Source of the DNA: an uncultured Acidobacteriota bacterium | GTDB taxonomy: Bacteria; Acidobacteriota; Thermoanaerobaculia; Gp7-AA8 | Direction of reading: 5' to 3' | Assembly (NCBI GenBank): GCA_963822445.1 | Contig: CAWGHO010000001.1 | Location: 64,001-128,000, forward strand | DNA: 64,000 bases | In this document: piece after piece, positions 10,431 to 21,481 of the stretch | Position numbering within the stretch: the stretch's first letter is position 1 | Layout of the letters: every line of letters starts with the position of its first letter | Position numbers and translations under genes: made by a program | The notes under the pieces: model-generated | The model's input: only the letters and a program-made list of their open reading frames with translations | The model's database searches: none | What the model was told of the DNA's origin: nothing

Positions 10431-11111
10431 TCAGAGGGCTACCCATCGCCGCAGAAGGTTGTGATACACGCCGGTGAGCTGCAGCACCGACGCGTGATCG
10501 GGATGGTCCGCGCCGAGGCGCTGAATCGAAAGATCGAGGTCGAAGAGCAGCGTCCGTTCCCCGTCGTCGCGGACCATGCTCTGAATCCAGAAGAATGACG
10601 AGACGCGTGCGCCTCGCGTTACCGGCCGCACGTGATGGAGGCTGCTGGCCGGATAGAGAATCATGTTTCCCGCGGCGAGCTTCACCGATTGCACGCCGAA
10701 CGTGTCTTCGATCACCAGCTCTCCGCCGTCGTACTCGTCCGGCTCGGACAGGAAGAGCGTCGCGGACAGATCGGTGCGCAGTTGATGGGCCGTCCCGGCG
10801 ACCTGCCGGACCGCGTTGTCCACGTGCGATCCGAAGGATTGGCCGCCGGTGTAGCGGTTGAACAGCGGCGGAAAGACGTGGAGCGGCAGCGCAGCGGAAC
10901 GGAAAAGCGGATTGCGCGCGAGCGCGGCCACGATCGTCTCCCCCACCTGACGCGCGGCCGGATGGCTCTCGGGAACCTGCTCGTTGTCCTTCGCCCGCGC
11001 GGACTGATGCCCGGCCGTGACACGGCCATCGACCCATTGCGCCGCATCGAGCAGAGCCCGGGCCTCGCGTACCTGAGCGGGCGTCAGAACCTCTGGAACC
11101 TGCAGCAGCAT
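10431..11111 (-). CDS. piuC: PKHD-type Fe(II)/2-oxoglutarate hydroxylase
   Basis: [34 protein letters not shown]. Confidence 0.93.
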   Translation of the reverse strand: MLLQVPEVLTPAQVREARALLDAAQWVDGRVTAGHQSARAKDNEQVPESHPAARQVGETIVAALARNPLFRSAALPLHVFPPLFNRYTGGQSFGSHVDNAVRQVAGTAHQLRTDLSATLFLSEPDEYDGGELVIEDTFGVQSVKLAAGNMILYPASSLHHVRPVTRGARVSSFFWIQSMVRDDGERTLLFDLDLSIQRLGADHPDHASVLQLTGVYHNLLRRWVAL

Positions 11112-13495
11112 CAGAATCCGAGCTCCGCGTTGATGGAAACGGAGCGGCCCGCGCCGGGGATGTAATGCCCGCCGCCGACGCGATCGACGTAGAGCTCGTC
11201 GGCCAGGTTGTTCACGTTCAGGCGAAGCGTCAGCGCGCGCGAGACATCGTAGGCGGCCATGGCGTTGACCAGCCAGTAGCTCGGCACTTCGGCAGTGTTC
11301 GTGGCGTTCCGGAAAATGGAGTCCATGTACTGCACGCCCGCACCGACGCTGAACCCCGGCCGCAAACGGCCCTCCGTCCAGACGTTGAACGAGTTCTCGG
11401 GCACGAACGCGAGTGCGGCCCCCTGCTCGAGCGCATTGGCCGATGCGGTGAATTCGCTGTCGAGATGCGCGTAGGAAGTGAGGACGGACCAGTGATCGGT
11501 GAGGTTGCCGGTGAAACTGAGCTCGATCCCATCCACCCGCTGTTCCCCATCGAGCACGAATGGCTCCGCGGACGCGCCACGCGTACGCGCGTTCGTCTTC
11601 TCGGTACGGAACACCGCTGCCGTTGCGATCGCGCGGCCGCCGCCGGATTCCCACTTCGCGCCGGCTTCGAGATTGCGGCTCTTCTCCGGTGCGAGGTTCA
11701 CGTTGTTCGCGGAGGTGGGCGTTTCCGAAAGCGCGGCGCCGCCCGCCGACGCTTCAACGGTGGGATTGAATGACGTTGCGTGGCTGACGTACACGCTGGC
11801 GTTCGCGCGCGGCTTGAACACGATTCCCGAGTTCCAGCTCAGCATGCGGTCTTCGCGGCCCAGTCGCGTCCGGACTCCCGTGGTGACGTTCGTCAGCTCG
11901 TAATCGACGTCGACGGAATCCCACCGCAGACCCGCGGTGACCTCCCAGCGCGAGCCGATCTGCAGCGTGTCGAGCGCGTAGATCCCTGCGAGCGAGAGAT
12001 TCGTGTCTTCCGGGTTGCCGTTATTGGCGGGCATCGGGCCGAGCGGGCTCTGACGCGGATCGGGATCCAGGAGATTCGTCTGCGGCTGATTGGTGGTCTG
12101 CGCCTGCCGCCGAATGAAGGTGGTCTCGCGGCCGGCTTCGACGCCGGCAACGAGCGCGTGTTGCACGCCCGCGGTGCGGAAACCACCGGTCACGCTGATC
12201 TGGTTGCTGAGCTGGCCCTGATCCATGAGGCGCTGCTGGAGCTGACGGTTGGGAGGGCGCGGCGCGGTGATCGCGGAGTCGCGGTGATTGTCGGCCCACC
12301 GCGAAACGTTGCGGAGCGTCCATCCTTCGCGAAGATCGCGCTCGAACGTCGCGGTGGCGACATCGCTCTGGACGTTCTCGTAGTCGTATCCGTCGAGACC
12401 GTAGAAGTTCGTCTGGTCCGCCTGCGGGTTGGCCTCGAACGCCGCCCACGGCAGACCGTAGTCGGGAACGTTGTCCTGGGCCAGATGCTGATACGCGAGC
12501 GTGAAGCGGGACGGCTTGCCGATGCCGAGGGACAGCGACGGGGCGATCCCCCAGCTGCTGTTGTGAACCACATCGCGGCCGGGCACGTCGGACGAGGTGT
12601 ACATCGCCGCCACGCGCACGGCAGCGCTCGGGATCGATTGGAGGGGCGCGTTGGAATCGACGGTCATCCGCGAAAAACCGGCAGAGCCCGCACCGAACGT
12701 TGCCCGCGTGAAGGAGTCCGGCTTCGGCGTCTTGGTGACGAGGTTGATCGCGCCGCCCGTGCCGCCGCGTCCCGCGATCGCTCCGGAAGGACCTTTCACC
12801 ACTTCGACCTGCTCGAGGTTGAACGCGTCGCGCGTGTACATGCCCGGCTCGCGCACGCCGTCGAGAAGAATGTCGTTGCCCGCGGCAAAGCCGCGCATGC
12901 TGAACTGATCGCCCGGCGCGACGCCGCCCTCCCCTGCCTGAAAGGTGATGCCCGGCGTGTTGCGGAGGACATCGCGCAAAGTCGTTGCGCCCTGCGCGAG
13001 AAAAACCTCATCGGGAATCACAGCGACCGTGCGCGGGGTGTCGAGCAGCGGTTGGGTGAACTTCGGCGACGCGATCTCGGGCGCCGTCGCGGAGACGTCG
13101 ATCGTGTCGCTCATCACCTGTATGGTGAGGACAGCCGTACGCCGGCCGGTGAAGCGATGGCTGATGCCGCTCTCTGAAAGCAACTGCGTGAGAGCTTCGG
13201 CATCGGACATGAGACCAGTGACGCCGGGACTGCGGAGCGCGTCGAGCACGACACGATCGAACTCGACCCGCACGGTCGCACCGCTGGCAGCCTCGAACGC
13301 ACGAAGAGCCTCGGCGACAGAGGCCGCCGCGATGTCGAACCGCCGGAGCGGTAGTTGCGCTGTCGATCGGGAGCCGCCCGAATCGGCGGTGCCGGTCGTG
13401 GCTTGCGCAAGCGCGAGCCGGGTGCCGAATGCCGTGCACGCGACCATCGCGCCCGCGGCCATCCTGCGAAGTTTTTTCGATCTGCGTCCACTCAT
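11111..13495 (-). CDS. TonB-dependent siderophore receptor (Fiu/PiuA-like) with N-terminal signalling extension
   Basis: Plug [26 protein letters not shown]; terminal Phe. Confidence 0.92.
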   Translation of the reverse strand: MSGRRSKKLRRMAAGAMVACTAFGTRLALAQATTGTADSGGSRSTAQLPLRRFDIAAASVAEALRAFEAASGATVRVEFDRVVLDALRSPGVTGLMSDAEALTQLLSESGISHRFTGRRTAVLTIQVMSDTIDVSATAPEIASPKFTQPLLDTPRTVAVIPDEVFLAQGATTLRDVLRNTPGITFQAGEGGVAPGDQFSMRGFAAGNDILLDGVREPGMYTRDAFNLEQVEVVKGPSGAIAGRGGTGGAINLVTKTPKPDSFTRATFGAGSAGFSRMTVDSNAPLQSIPSAAVRVAAMYTSSDVPGRDVVHNSSWGIAPSLSLGIGKPSRFTLAYQHLAQDNVPDYGLPWAAFEANPQADQTNFYGLDGYDYENVQSDVATATFERDLREGWTLRNVSRWADNHRDSAITAPRPPNRQLQQRLMDQGQLSNQISVTGGFRTAGVQHALVAGVEAGRETTFIRRQAQTTNQPQTNLLDPDPRQSPLGPMPANNGNPEDTNLSLAGIYALDTLQIGSRWEVTAGLRWDSVDVDYELTNVTTGVRTRLGREDRMLSWNSGIVFKPRANASVYVSHATSFNPTVEASAGGAALSETPTSANNVNLAPEKSRNLEAGAKWESGGGRAIATAAVFRTEKTNARTRGASAEPFVLDGEQRVDGIELSFTGNLTDHWSVLTSYAHLDSEFTASANALEQGAALAFVPENSFNVWTEGRLRPGFSVGAGVQYMDSIFRNATNTAEVPSYWLVNAMAAYDVSRALTLRLNVNNLADELYVDRVGGGHYIPGAGRSVSINAELGF

Positions 13496-14661
13496 GCGTT
13501 GCTTTCCTCTTCCAGAAGTTGTGGCGATGGCGCGGATGCGCCGCGTAGTAAGCGAGCAAAACGGCGAAAAGCGAGGGCGAGCCCGGTGTAAGCGAGAACG
13601 ACGACGGCGGCCGAGGCGAGCATGGCCACGAACTGGCCGGGGATGCCTCCCGCCTCGCCGGTGTGAATCCAGCGCAGCCAGGAGCGCGCCTTCTGTCCGG
13701 CTTCCTGCGCGGCGTAGGTCTTGTGCTCGATAAGGCTGGCGGTTTTCGGGTCGATCAGGAGTTGGGAACGCTTGTCCGGCCGCCCGCCGTTGCCCTCATC
13801 GACGGCGAAGGTGACAGGTCCTTTTTGCGAAAGCGGCAGGCGGATGGAGAGCGATTGCCACCGGGGCGCGACTCGCGTGGACTCTGAACGCGCCGCGGTC
13901 GAAAGGCGATCGAGCAGAGCCAGATCGAGCGTTCCACCCGAACGTTCGTTCGCCGGCTGCTGCTGTTTCGGGGGCGTGCTGCCGAGAGCGCGATAGACGA
14001 ATCGCGAGGCCCACGGGTACGAGATCACGACGGCGGAGAACACGATCGCGACGAGCGGCAGGAAGGCCCAGATGCCGAGGACGTGGTGCCAGTTGAAATC
14101 GCGGGCCCGGCCCTGAAGACCGCGTCGGAAGAACATCGCGTTGCGAAATCCCGTGCGGCTACGGCGGCGCGGAATCCAGATCACCAGGCCGGAGAGGACG
14201 ATGAAGAGGAATGCGAGGTTCGCCGCGCCGGTGATGGCCTTGCCGCGCTCGCGCGCCTCCCCTTTCATCGCCAGCCAGCGATGCAGGCTCTTGTTCGCCT
14301 CGAAGAAGCCGCGGACGCGCTTCGCGCCTTCGCCGAGCACGGCGCCCGTGTACGGGTTCATGAAGATCGTCCGTTCGCGGCCGAAGGCAACGGTCACTGG
14401 CGCGAACCGGTCGGCGCGGACGATGACATTGGACGGCTTGGCATCAGGAGCTGCGGCGGACGCCGCGTCGATGATGCGTGAGAGCGGCAGCGGCGGGCGC
14501 TCCGCGTCGGCCTCCGTGGCGCGGAGATCGCGCTCGGCGAAGGCGATGACCTGCCGCTCGAAGGCGAGCAGCACGCCGGTCGCGGACATGACCACGATGA
14601 CGAGGCCGGCCGTGACGCCGAAAGTCAGATGGAGCCAGAAAAGGGTCTTGCGAAGGGCCAT
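13492..14661 (-). CDS. PepSY-associated TM helix protein (PiuB-like)
   Basis: FWLHL, LHRWL, FNWHHVLG and WIHTGE conserved His motifs. Confidence 0.88.
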   Translation of the reverse strand: MALRKTLFWLHLTFGVTAGLVIVVMSATGVLLAFERQVIAFAERDLRATEADAERPPLPLSRIIDAASAAAPDAKPSNVIVRADRFAPVTVAFGRERTIFMNPYTGAVLGEGAKRVRGFFEANKSLHRWLAMKGEARERGKAITGAANLAFLFIVLSGLVIWIPRRRSRTGFRNAMFFRRGLQGRARDFNWHHVLGIWAFLPLVAIVFSAVVISYPWASRFVYRALGSTPPKQQQPANERSGGTLDLALLDRLSTAARSESTRVAPRWQSLSIRLPLSQKGPVTFAVDEGNGGRPDKRSQLLIDPKTASLIEHKTYAAQEAGQKARSWLRWIHTGEAGGIPGQFVAMLASAAVVVLAYTGLALAFRRFARLLRGASAPSPQLLEEESNA

Positions 14662-14686
14662 GGGTCGAGTCGTTCTCAGCGCGCAT

Positions 14687-14709
14687 CAATTGAGACTGAG
14701 TCTCAGTTG
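14687..14709. promoter_or_regulatory. Fur-like iron-responsive operator
   Basis: CAATTGAGACT-G-AGTCTCAGTTG, an 11-1-11 inverted repeat with 1 mismatch, 25 bp upstream of the iron-uptake operon. Confidence 0.7.
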
Positions 14710-14845
14710 CGAACCGAGAAAGTAATCGTCTCAACGGCATTCGTCAAGACCGATCGGGCCGCTGGCGCCACGCCGGCGCGTTCACCGCATGACCACGCGC
14801 GGCGACGGAACCGCTGCCACTACCTGACAGCGGTCCGTCGTCTGG

Positions 14846-16060
14846 TCACAACGACCGCAGAAACGCCAGCAGCTTCGCCTTCTGATCCGCGGGGAGTGCG
14901 GCGAAGCGATTCCGTGCGGCGCGCCCTTGGCCGTCGTGAGCGAGGATGGCCTGGTCGAGCGTCGTCGCGCGGCCATCGTGCAGAAACGTGGTCACGAAAC
15001 GCAGTCCCCACAGCGGCGCGGTCCGCATCTCGTTCCCCGTGGCGGCGCCCATCTCCAATCCGTCGCCCAGCGCCCCCATGTCGTGCAGCAGGAAATCCGA
15101 ATAGGGCTGATACGTCGTTTGATCGAGCGCGCGGATCGGGTGCGAGCCAGTGCGCAGCGACGGAACATGACAGCCGGCGCAGCCGATTCGCGTGAACAGG
15201 TCCTCCCCCGCGGCCGTGTCGCGCGTCGTTCGTCCGCGCGGCGGCGGCGCGAGCGTGGCCATGAACGCCGCAAGCGCCGCGACTCCGTGGCCATCGTCGT
15301 TGATGCCCGGTGCGGGATTGAACGCCAGCTCCGCGCAATTCCCCTGCGGACAACTCTCATTCGGGAAATCGGCGCTGGTCACGCCCAGCTCGTTCAGATA
15401 CGCATCGCCGGAAAACTGCAGAAGCGTCGGCACCTGTCCCTTCCATCCGAACCTCCCGACCGTCTTCATCCCCGCGCGGAAGTTGTCGACCAGAGGAGCG
15501 CGGCCGGCCGTGCCATCTCCGCGCGCCAGCTGCGCCTGCGCCAGGGCGATGAACGTCGCATCCGGCGTCGCGTCGACGAGGCCGAGCCCGAACAGCGGCG
15601 TCGAGCGGCGTTTCACGACCACCGTCGCCTGCGGCGGGACGACCTCCGGCCTGAACGCGTGCGGCGATCCGTCGGCCGGCCCGATGGCCTGATCCTGAAC
15701 GAGCGAGCCGCCGAGGGTTGTGAGGGGATCGAAGATGGCTCCGGTGCGCCGCGCGAACCGGGTCACGAGCCGCGCACTGCCGCCACCGGCGGCGGGCACG
15801 TTGTGGCATTCGACGCACGAACGCTCATTGAAGAGCGGGCCCAGACCTCCAATCACATCCTCCTCTTCGACGAAGTCCTCGTGCCCCTCGTCGAACGCCT
15901 CGCGCTGCTCGGCGGTGAGCCCGCGAAGCGGCTCGCCTGCAGCCGCCGTCCCCCCTCCCCCGCCGTTTCCGTCTCCGGGTCGTCCGGTGCCCGGACGACG
16001 CTGCGCCGCCACACTTCCCGCGAGAACGATGCTCAAGAAAACAATCATCAACTGTCGCAT
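14846..16060 (-). CDS. Di-heme oxidoreductase (DHOR)-family secreted protein
   Basis: Signal peptide; two CxxCH (CVECH, CAGCH); GRFGWK, SDFLLHDMG, RTAPLWG, LHDGRA. Confidence 0.85.
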   Translation of the reverse strand: MRQLMIVFLSIVLAGSVAAQRRPGTGRPGDGNGGGGGTAAAGEPLRGLTAEQREAFDEGHEDFVEEEDVIGGLGPLFNERSCVECHNVPAAGGGSARLVTRFARRTGAIFDPLTTLGGSLVQDQAIGPADGSPHAFRPEVVPPQATVVVKRRSTPLFGLGLVDATPDATFIALAQAQLARGDGTAGRAPLVDNFRAGMKTVGRFGWKGQVPTLLQFSGDAYLNELGVTSADFPNESCPQGNCAELAFNPAPGINDDGHGVAALAAFMATLAPPPRGRTTRDTAAGEDLFTRIGCAGCHVPSLRTGSHPIRALDQTTYQPYSDFLLHDMGALGDGLEMGAATGNEMRTAPLWGLRFVTTFLHDGRATTLDQAILAHDGQGRAARNRFAALPADQKAKLLAFLRSL

Positions 16061-16145
16061 GCGCCGATGGTCGCCGCGACGAAGGCGCGAAGTCATCATC
16101 AGGACGCAATGTGTTTGTAATCGATGTAATCGTGGGCGCGCGCGG

Positions 16146-16589
16146 TCACTCGACATCGTGGACGAAGCGATAACCGATGCCGTGGACGGTGACGATCAGC
16201 TCCGGCCGCGACGGATCGTCTTCCAGCTTGCGCCGCAGAGAGGCGATGCGAACGTCGATGGTCCGCGTCACCGGCGAAGCGCCGTAGCCCCACACCTTGT
16301 CGAGAAGCTCGTCGCGGCTCACCACTTCTCCGCGATGCTCGACGAAGTACTGAAGGAGATGGAGCTCGAGCGCTGTGAGAAGGACCGGCTTCCCGTCGCG
16401 CGTCACCCGCGCGCTACGAAAATCCGCGTGCAGCCGCCGCGACACATACACGTTCGCACGAGTCACCTCGCCACGATTGCGCAGCACGACACAGTCGTAC
16501 CCCTCTGCCGAAAGCCGCTCGCTCAAGGCGCGAACGGCATTCGACTCCGCGGCCACCATCAGCACCGATACACCCTGCTCGCCGCTCAT
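16146..16589 (-). CDS. OmpR/PhoB-type winged-helix protein with truncated receiver region
   Basis: SRDELLDKVWG, RTIDVRIASLRRKLE, TVHGIGYRF; only ~45 aa precede the DNA-binding domain. Confidence 0.7.
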   Translation of the reverse strand: MSGEQGVSVLMVAAESNAVRALSERLSAEGYDCVVLRNRGEVTRANVYVSRRLHADFRSARVTRDGKPVLLTALELHLLQYFVEHRGEVVSRDELLDKVWGYGASPVTRTIDVRIASLRRKLEDDPSRPELIVTVHGIGYRFVHDVE

Positions 16590-16774
16590 ACGGCGACCCT
16601 CCATCACAATCACGATGCCAGGCGATTACAGGAAGGAACGCTCGAAAACCGGGTCGAACTGACCCGGTCCGCCGGGCCATTTTTCCCCTGCTGGACGGCG
16701 AGCGACCCGCTCGCCTCGCGTGGGGCGCCCCGCCCCACGCTCCAGCGGCAGTGCCGGGCGAGGCGGCCGCCCTC

Positions 16775-17362
16775 CTATCCCTCCGGTTCGTCGCTCGCGC
16801 AAGGCGCAGCGCACCCGGCCCCGCGCTCGAACCCGATCGGTGCGCCGTTGCGGGCCAGCTCGATCGAGCAGCAGTCGTCGAACGCGCCGCGCAACTTCGT
16901 TCTCGCGCGCTGCACGCGTGACTTGAGCGTGGACAGCGGGACGCCGAGGGATGTGGCGAGGTCGGTCTGGGCCTCGCCCTGGAGATCGATGCGGCGCAAT
17001 AAGGTCGCATCCGACTCCGCCAGCATGCGCAGCATCGGCTCGAGGCAGTCGCTGAGATCGCCGATGGTGCGATCGGCCGGATCGGCCGCGTCGCTTTCGG
17101 GAAGATCGCCGAACGTGTCGAGATCGATCGACGGCCGGCGCTGGCGGTAATACTCGGCCACCGCATTGCGCGTGACGGTGAAGAGCCAGGCGCGAACGGA
17201 GTCGGCCTCGATCTCGCCGCGCCGTTCCAGCAATTTCACCATCACCGACTGCACGACGTCGTCGGCATCGCCCGGATTCACGCGGCGCGCTACGTACACG
17301 CGCAGGCGCTCTCCCAGCTCATGAAAGGCAGCAGCTACGTCGATGGTCTGAGTTGCTTTCAC
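16775..17362 (-). CDS. ECF sigma factor, SigZ-like
   Basis: DDVVQSV, WLFTVTRN, STLKSRVQRAR, C-terminal DDCC...CAAPC; GTG start inferred. Confidence 0.8.
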   Translation of the reverse strand: MKATQTIDVAAAFHELGERLRVYVARRVNPGDADDVVQSVMVKLLERRGEIEADSVRAWLFTVTRNAVAEYYRQRRPSIDLDTFGDLPESDAADPADRTIGDLSDCLEPMLRMLAESDATLLRRIDLQGEAQTDLATSLGVPLSTLKSRVQRARTKLRGAFDDCCSIELARNGAPIGFERGAGCAAPCASDEPEG

Positions 17363-17473
17363 AGGTTCCCCCGGAAGATAGACGGAAACGGGAGGCGAAA
17401 GACGCATCTTCGGATGAAATGCGTCTTTTCGCGACGCTCTCCGTCTCTTGAGCGAGTGAGACAGGAGACGACG

Positions 17474-18961
17474 ATGCAGACCAGTGAGCTTCCCGTTGCA
17501 GTGATCGGCGGTGGACCGGTTGGGCTTGCCGCGGCCGCACATCTGATGGAGCGCGGCCTGCGGCCGATGGTGTTCGAGGCCGGTCCGCGCGTCGGTCACG
17601 CGATGCGCGACTGGGGGCACGTCCGGATGTTTTCCCCCTGGCGCTACCTCGTCGATCACGCGGCGAAGCGCGCCCTTGACCAGAGCGGCTGGGTGATGCC
17701 GGACGAGCAGGGATTGCCCACCGGACTCGAGCTCGTCGAGCAGTTTCTCGAGCCGCTCGCCTCGCTGCCGTCGATGCAGGCGGCGGTGCATCTCGGAACG
17801 CGCGTCGCCGCCGTGTCGCGGCAGTTCGTGGACAAGGTCAAGACTCCCAACCGCGACGCGATGCCCTTCGTTCTGAGGACCGTCGATGCCGATGGAACGG
17901 AGCGCGACGTGCTCGCCCGCGCAGTCATCGATGCGTCGGGAACCTGGTTCAGGGCGAACCCGATGGGCGCGAACGGCCTCCCCGCTCGCGGCGAGACGGC
18001 GCACGCCGCGCGCATCCGCTATGGCATCCCCGACATCCTCGGCGCTGAGCGCGCGCGCTACTCCGGAACACGAACGCTCGTCGTCGGAACGGGCCATTCC
18101 GCGATCAACAGCCTCCTCGCGCTCGTCGAGCTGATGCGCGACGACGAACGGACGCGCGTGTTCTGGGGCATGCGCCGCACCGCGCCAGGGAACGCGCTCG
18201 GCGGCGGCAACGCCGACGCCCTCTCCGCCCGCGGCGCCCTCGGCACGAAGCTCCGCGCGCAGATCGAAGCCGGCAACGTACGCATCCTCACCGGACTGCA
18301 GATCGGCGCCGTCGAAGAGATTGGCGGCGCGCTCGTCGTGCGCGACGTCGGCGGCGAGGAGGTCGCGCTCGTCGATCAGGTCATCGTCGCCACCGGCGCG
18401 CGGCCCGATCTCGATCTCCTGCGCGAACTGCGTCTCGACCTCGATCCCGCGCTGGAAAGCCCGCGCGTGCTTGCGCCGCTGATCGATCCGAACGAGCACA
18501 GTTGCGGCTCGGTGCGGCCGCACGGCGCGTTCGAGCTCGAACAGCCCGAGCGCGGTCTGTTCATCACCGGCATGAAGAGCTACGGACGCGCGCCGACATT
18601 CCTGCTGGCCACCGGCTACGAGCAGGTCCGGTCGGTTGCGGCGTACATCGCCGGCGACTACGCCGCGGCGCGCGAAGTTCTGCTCGATCTGCCGGAGACC
18701 GGCGTGTGCAACGCGACCATCGGAAGCAACGACACGTCCGCGGCTTGCTGCGGCGTGGAACCTCGAAAGGAGACTGAAATGGCTGAAGTGAATGCAGTTG
18801 CCGAACAGGCGCCCTCGGCGTGCTGCGGAGGACCGGCGCCGAAGGAAGCGGAGGCGTGCTGCGTGAAGGACGCGGACGCGAAAGCCGCGGGGGAATCGGG
18901 ATGCGGCTGCGGCGTGCCGCAGACGGCGCAGAAGAGCGCGCCGGCGTCCTGCTGCGCGTAG
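17474..18961 (+). CDS. FAD/NAD(P)-dependent flavoprotein with Cys-rich tail (type often found near arsenic-resistance genes)
   Basis: VIGGGPVG, HSCGSVRPHG, GMKSYGRAPTFL; AGGAG RBS. Confidence 0.82.
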   Translation: MQTSELPVAVIGGGPVGLAAAAHLMERGLRPMVFEAGPRVGHAMRDWGHVRMFSPWRYLVDHAAKRALDQSGWVMPDEQGLPTGLELVEQFLEPLASLPSMQAAVHLGTRVAAVSRQFVDKVKTPNRDAMPFVLRTVDADGTERDVLARAVIDASGTWFRANPMGANGLPARGETAHAARIRYGIPDILGAERARYSGTRTLVVGTGHSAINSLLALVELMRDDERTRVFWGMRRTAPGNALGGGNADALSARGALGTKLRAQIEAGNVRILTGLQIGAVEEIGGALVVRDVGGEEVALVDQVIVATGARPDLDLLRELRLDLDPALESPRVLAPLIDPNEHSCGSVRPHGAFELEQPERGLFITGMKSYGRAPTFLLATGYEQVRSVAAYIAGDYAAAREVLLDLPETGVCNATIGSNDTSAACCGVEPRKETEMAEVNAVAEQAPSACCGGPAPKEAEACCVKDADAKAAGESGCGCGVPQTAQKSAPASCCA

Positions 18962-18963
18962 TC

Positions 18964-20106
18964 ATGACGAGTCGCCCGACGGTGCTGGCGTCGATCGTTC
19001 TGGCGCTGGCGCTGCTGGGCGACTCGCTCTTGTACGCGGTCCTTCCCCTGCACGCCGCGACGTTTGGAATCTCGCTCGCGTTTGTGGGCGTGCTGCTGTC
19101 CGCGAATCGCGTCATTCGGTTGTTCGTTTATCCCGTTCTTCCGCGCATCGCGGCGACGGGACTGCGGAGGTTCACGTTGACGGCAGCGGCGTTGGGAGGC
19201 CTCTCGACACTCACCTTTGCCTTCGCGAGCGGAGCGTGGGTCTTGCTCGCGTCGCGCATCGCCTGGGGCGTCGCGTTCGGAAGTCTGTCGCTTGCCACGC
19301 TCGCCTACGCGACGTCATTTTCCGAGAACGCCGGCTCACGTGTCGGTCTGTCGCTGTCGCTGCGGGAGCTCGGGCCGTTGTTGTCATTGACCGCGGGAAC
19401 CGCGGCTGTTGCTGCCTTCGGCGTGCGACCAGTTCTCGCCGTCGTCGGCGTGGTGTCGCTCACCGGCGTCATCGTCGCCGGGAGACTGCCGGAGCTCACG
19501 ACGGAAACGCGTGAACCGGGCAGGCCATGGAAGGTCGAGTGGCTGAGTTTCTTCGCCGGACTGGTGACGGACGGGATCTTTCCGGCGACGGTCGGATTGC
19601 TGCTCGCTCGATCGCAGGACGTCGGCGCAGCGCTGATCGGCGCCGGGATGCTGCTTGGCTTCAAGCGGGCCGCCGTTCTCCTGCTCGCGCCGATCGGTGG
19701 TCACGCGGCGGACCGGTTCGGCGGGAAGAACGTCACCGCGGCGGGACTCGCGATCATTGCCATCGGGACGTCGTTCATCGCCTCGGAGCAGGTGATCCTC
19801 GGCGCACTCCTTCTCAGCTGCGGTGCGGCGATCACGATGACTTCGATTCCGATTGCCGTCGCGACACGTGACTCCGGCGATCGTGTCGGCGCACTCGCGC
19901 GTGCGGCCATGGCGCGCGACGCGGGAGCGGCGGCGGGTCCGCTCCTCGCGCTGCCGTTGTTCGATGCGACCGGACCGGCGGTCCTCTATCTGGCGATGAG
20001 CACGCTCCTGGTGAGCACCATCGTTGCACTCTCCATAGGAGGTCCGCACTGCAACCGCGGCCCGAAGGAGACCCATCTATGGCAAGCGGAAACGAGCACG
20101 AAGTGA
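18964..20106 (+). CDS. MFS transporter
   Basis: About 12 hydrophobic segments; GHAADRFGGK loop motif. Confidence 0.8.
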   Translation: MTSRPTVLASIVLALALLGDSLLYAVLPLHAATFGISLAFVGVLLSANRVIRLFVYPVLPRIAATGLRRFTLTAAALGGLSTLTFAFASGAWVLLASRIAWGVAFGSLSLATLAYATSFSENAGSRVGLSLSLRELGPLLSLTAGTAAVAAFGVRPVLAVVGVVSLTGVIVAGRLPELTTETREPGRPWKVEWLSFFAGLVTDGIFPATVGLLLARSQDVGAALIGAGMLLGFKRAAVLLLAPIGGHAADRFGGKNVTAAGLAIIAIGTSFIASEQVILGALLLSCGAAITMTSIPIAVATRDSGDRVGALARAAMARDAGAAAGPLLALPLFDATGPAVLYLAMSTLLVSTIVALSIGGPHCNRGPKETHLWQAETSTK

Positions 20107-20309
20107 AAGGCAAACTCGAGCAGGCCAAAGGCGCGATCAAGGAAGGCTTCGGTGCGCTGACCGGCGACCGCAGTACGGAGATCGAAGGCAAAGCGGAACG
20201 GGCCAAGGGCGCGATCCGCGAGGGCTACGGCCAGTTGAAGAACGACCTCGACACGAACGTCGACAACGATCTCGACAGAGACGCGATCGACGACACGCCG
20301 AGACGCTGA
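20079..20309 (+). CDS. CsbD-family stress protein
   Basis: KGKLEQAKGAIKEGFGALTGD; AAGGAG RBS. Confidence 0.85.
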   Translation: MASGNEHEVKGKLEQAKGAIKEGFGALTGDRSTEIEGKAERAKGAIREGYGQLKNDLDTNVDNDLDRDAIDDTPRR

Positions 20310-20417
20310 ATCTGACGTTACGGCGCCGCCTGCCTCGAGCGGGCGGCGCCACAACGGGTCCGATGCATTAGGATTCTCCCTACAACAGCGATTGGCGCTG
20401 GGGCAACGGAGGTTCTG

Positions 20418-21476
20418 ATGCACCGGATCGTGATCGCTATCGTCCTCGTCTCTTCTCTCAGTGAAAGCGCGGCCCAGACCACCAGCGGCCGCCGCCGTTC
20501 GGTGCGTCATCCCAGCGCGGGCGTGACGGCCCCTCTTGCAGTCTCCGACAACTACTCGGTGCGCGCGGGCGAGAGCCTCACCATTGCCGCGCCCGGAGTC
20601 CTCGCCAACGACACCCTCAACGGCGCGGTGATCGCGAGCGTCGGACCGCTCACGGGAGCCGAGCAGACGACGCTCGGCGGTACGGTCGCGACGGCACATG
20701 GCGGATCGCTGAGTCTCGCCGCGGGCGGCGGATTCACCTACACGCCTTCCGCGGCGTTCAGCGGCAGTGACGCGTTCAAGTACACCATCCGCAATGGCGG
20801 CGGCAGCTCGTCGGCAACTGCCACCATCGACGTCCAGCCGCTGCAGGCGTTGGCGGTGGGCGACTCCTACACCACCGCTCCTGAAAACGCGTTGTACGTT
20901 CCGCCGCCCGGCGTCCTCACCAACGACACGCTCGCCGGAGGCCGAATTGCCAGCTTCGGCTCGAACAGCGGAAGCGAGCAGACCGTCCTCGGCGCGTCGA
21001 CGCCAACATCGTCCGGCGGAACGGTCAGTCTCAATGCCGACGGCAGTTTCTCGTATACGACCCCTCCGACCGTGGACGACGGCTACGGATACACGCGCTC
21101 GTTCGCCGGTCTGGACAGCTTCGCCTACGTGATCCAGCGCGACTCCGTCTCTTCGACGGCATTCGTGAACATCAACGTCACCGTCGACACGTCAGGAGTG
21201 GACTTCGTGGTCACCAGCCCCGGCCACTACTACGCGATCTCCGGCCTGTCCGGCGAGAATCCCATCCTGCAGCTGACCCGCGGAAAGACGTACAAGTTCG
21301 AGATCAACGCGGCCTCGGCCCATCCGTTCGCGATTCTCGATGCGCCGCCCGGCAGCGTGACCAACAACAACATCACCCAGGGCACGCTGACGTTCGTCGT
21401 TCCCATGACCGCGCAGAACTACCGCTATCGGTGCACGACTCACGGCTTCGGGAACGTGATCAACACGGTGCCGTGA
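20418..21476 (+). CDS. Secreted protein with two Ig/cadherin-like domains and a C-terminal cupredoxin-like domain
   Basis: PGVLxND...GxFxY...DxFxY repeats; HPF...YRCTTHGFG. Confidence 0.72.
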   Translation: MHRIVIAIVLVSSLSESAAQTTSGRRRSVRHPSAGVTAPLAVSDNYSVRAGESLTIAAPGVLANDTLNGAVIASVGPLTGAEQTTLGGTVATAHGGSLSLAAGGGFTYTPSAAFSGSDAFKYTIRNGGGSSSATATIDVQPLQALAVGDSYTTAPENALYVPPPGVLTNDTLAGGRIASFGSNSGSEQTVLGASTPTSSGGTVSLNADGSFSYTTPPTVDDGYGYTRSFAGLDSFAYVIQRDSVSSTAFVNINVTVDTSGVDFVVTSPGHYYAISGLSGENPILQLTRGKTYKFEINAASAHPFAILDAPPGSVTNNNITQGTLTFVVPMTAQNYRYRCTTHGFGNVINTVP

Positions 21477-21481
21477 GGCGC

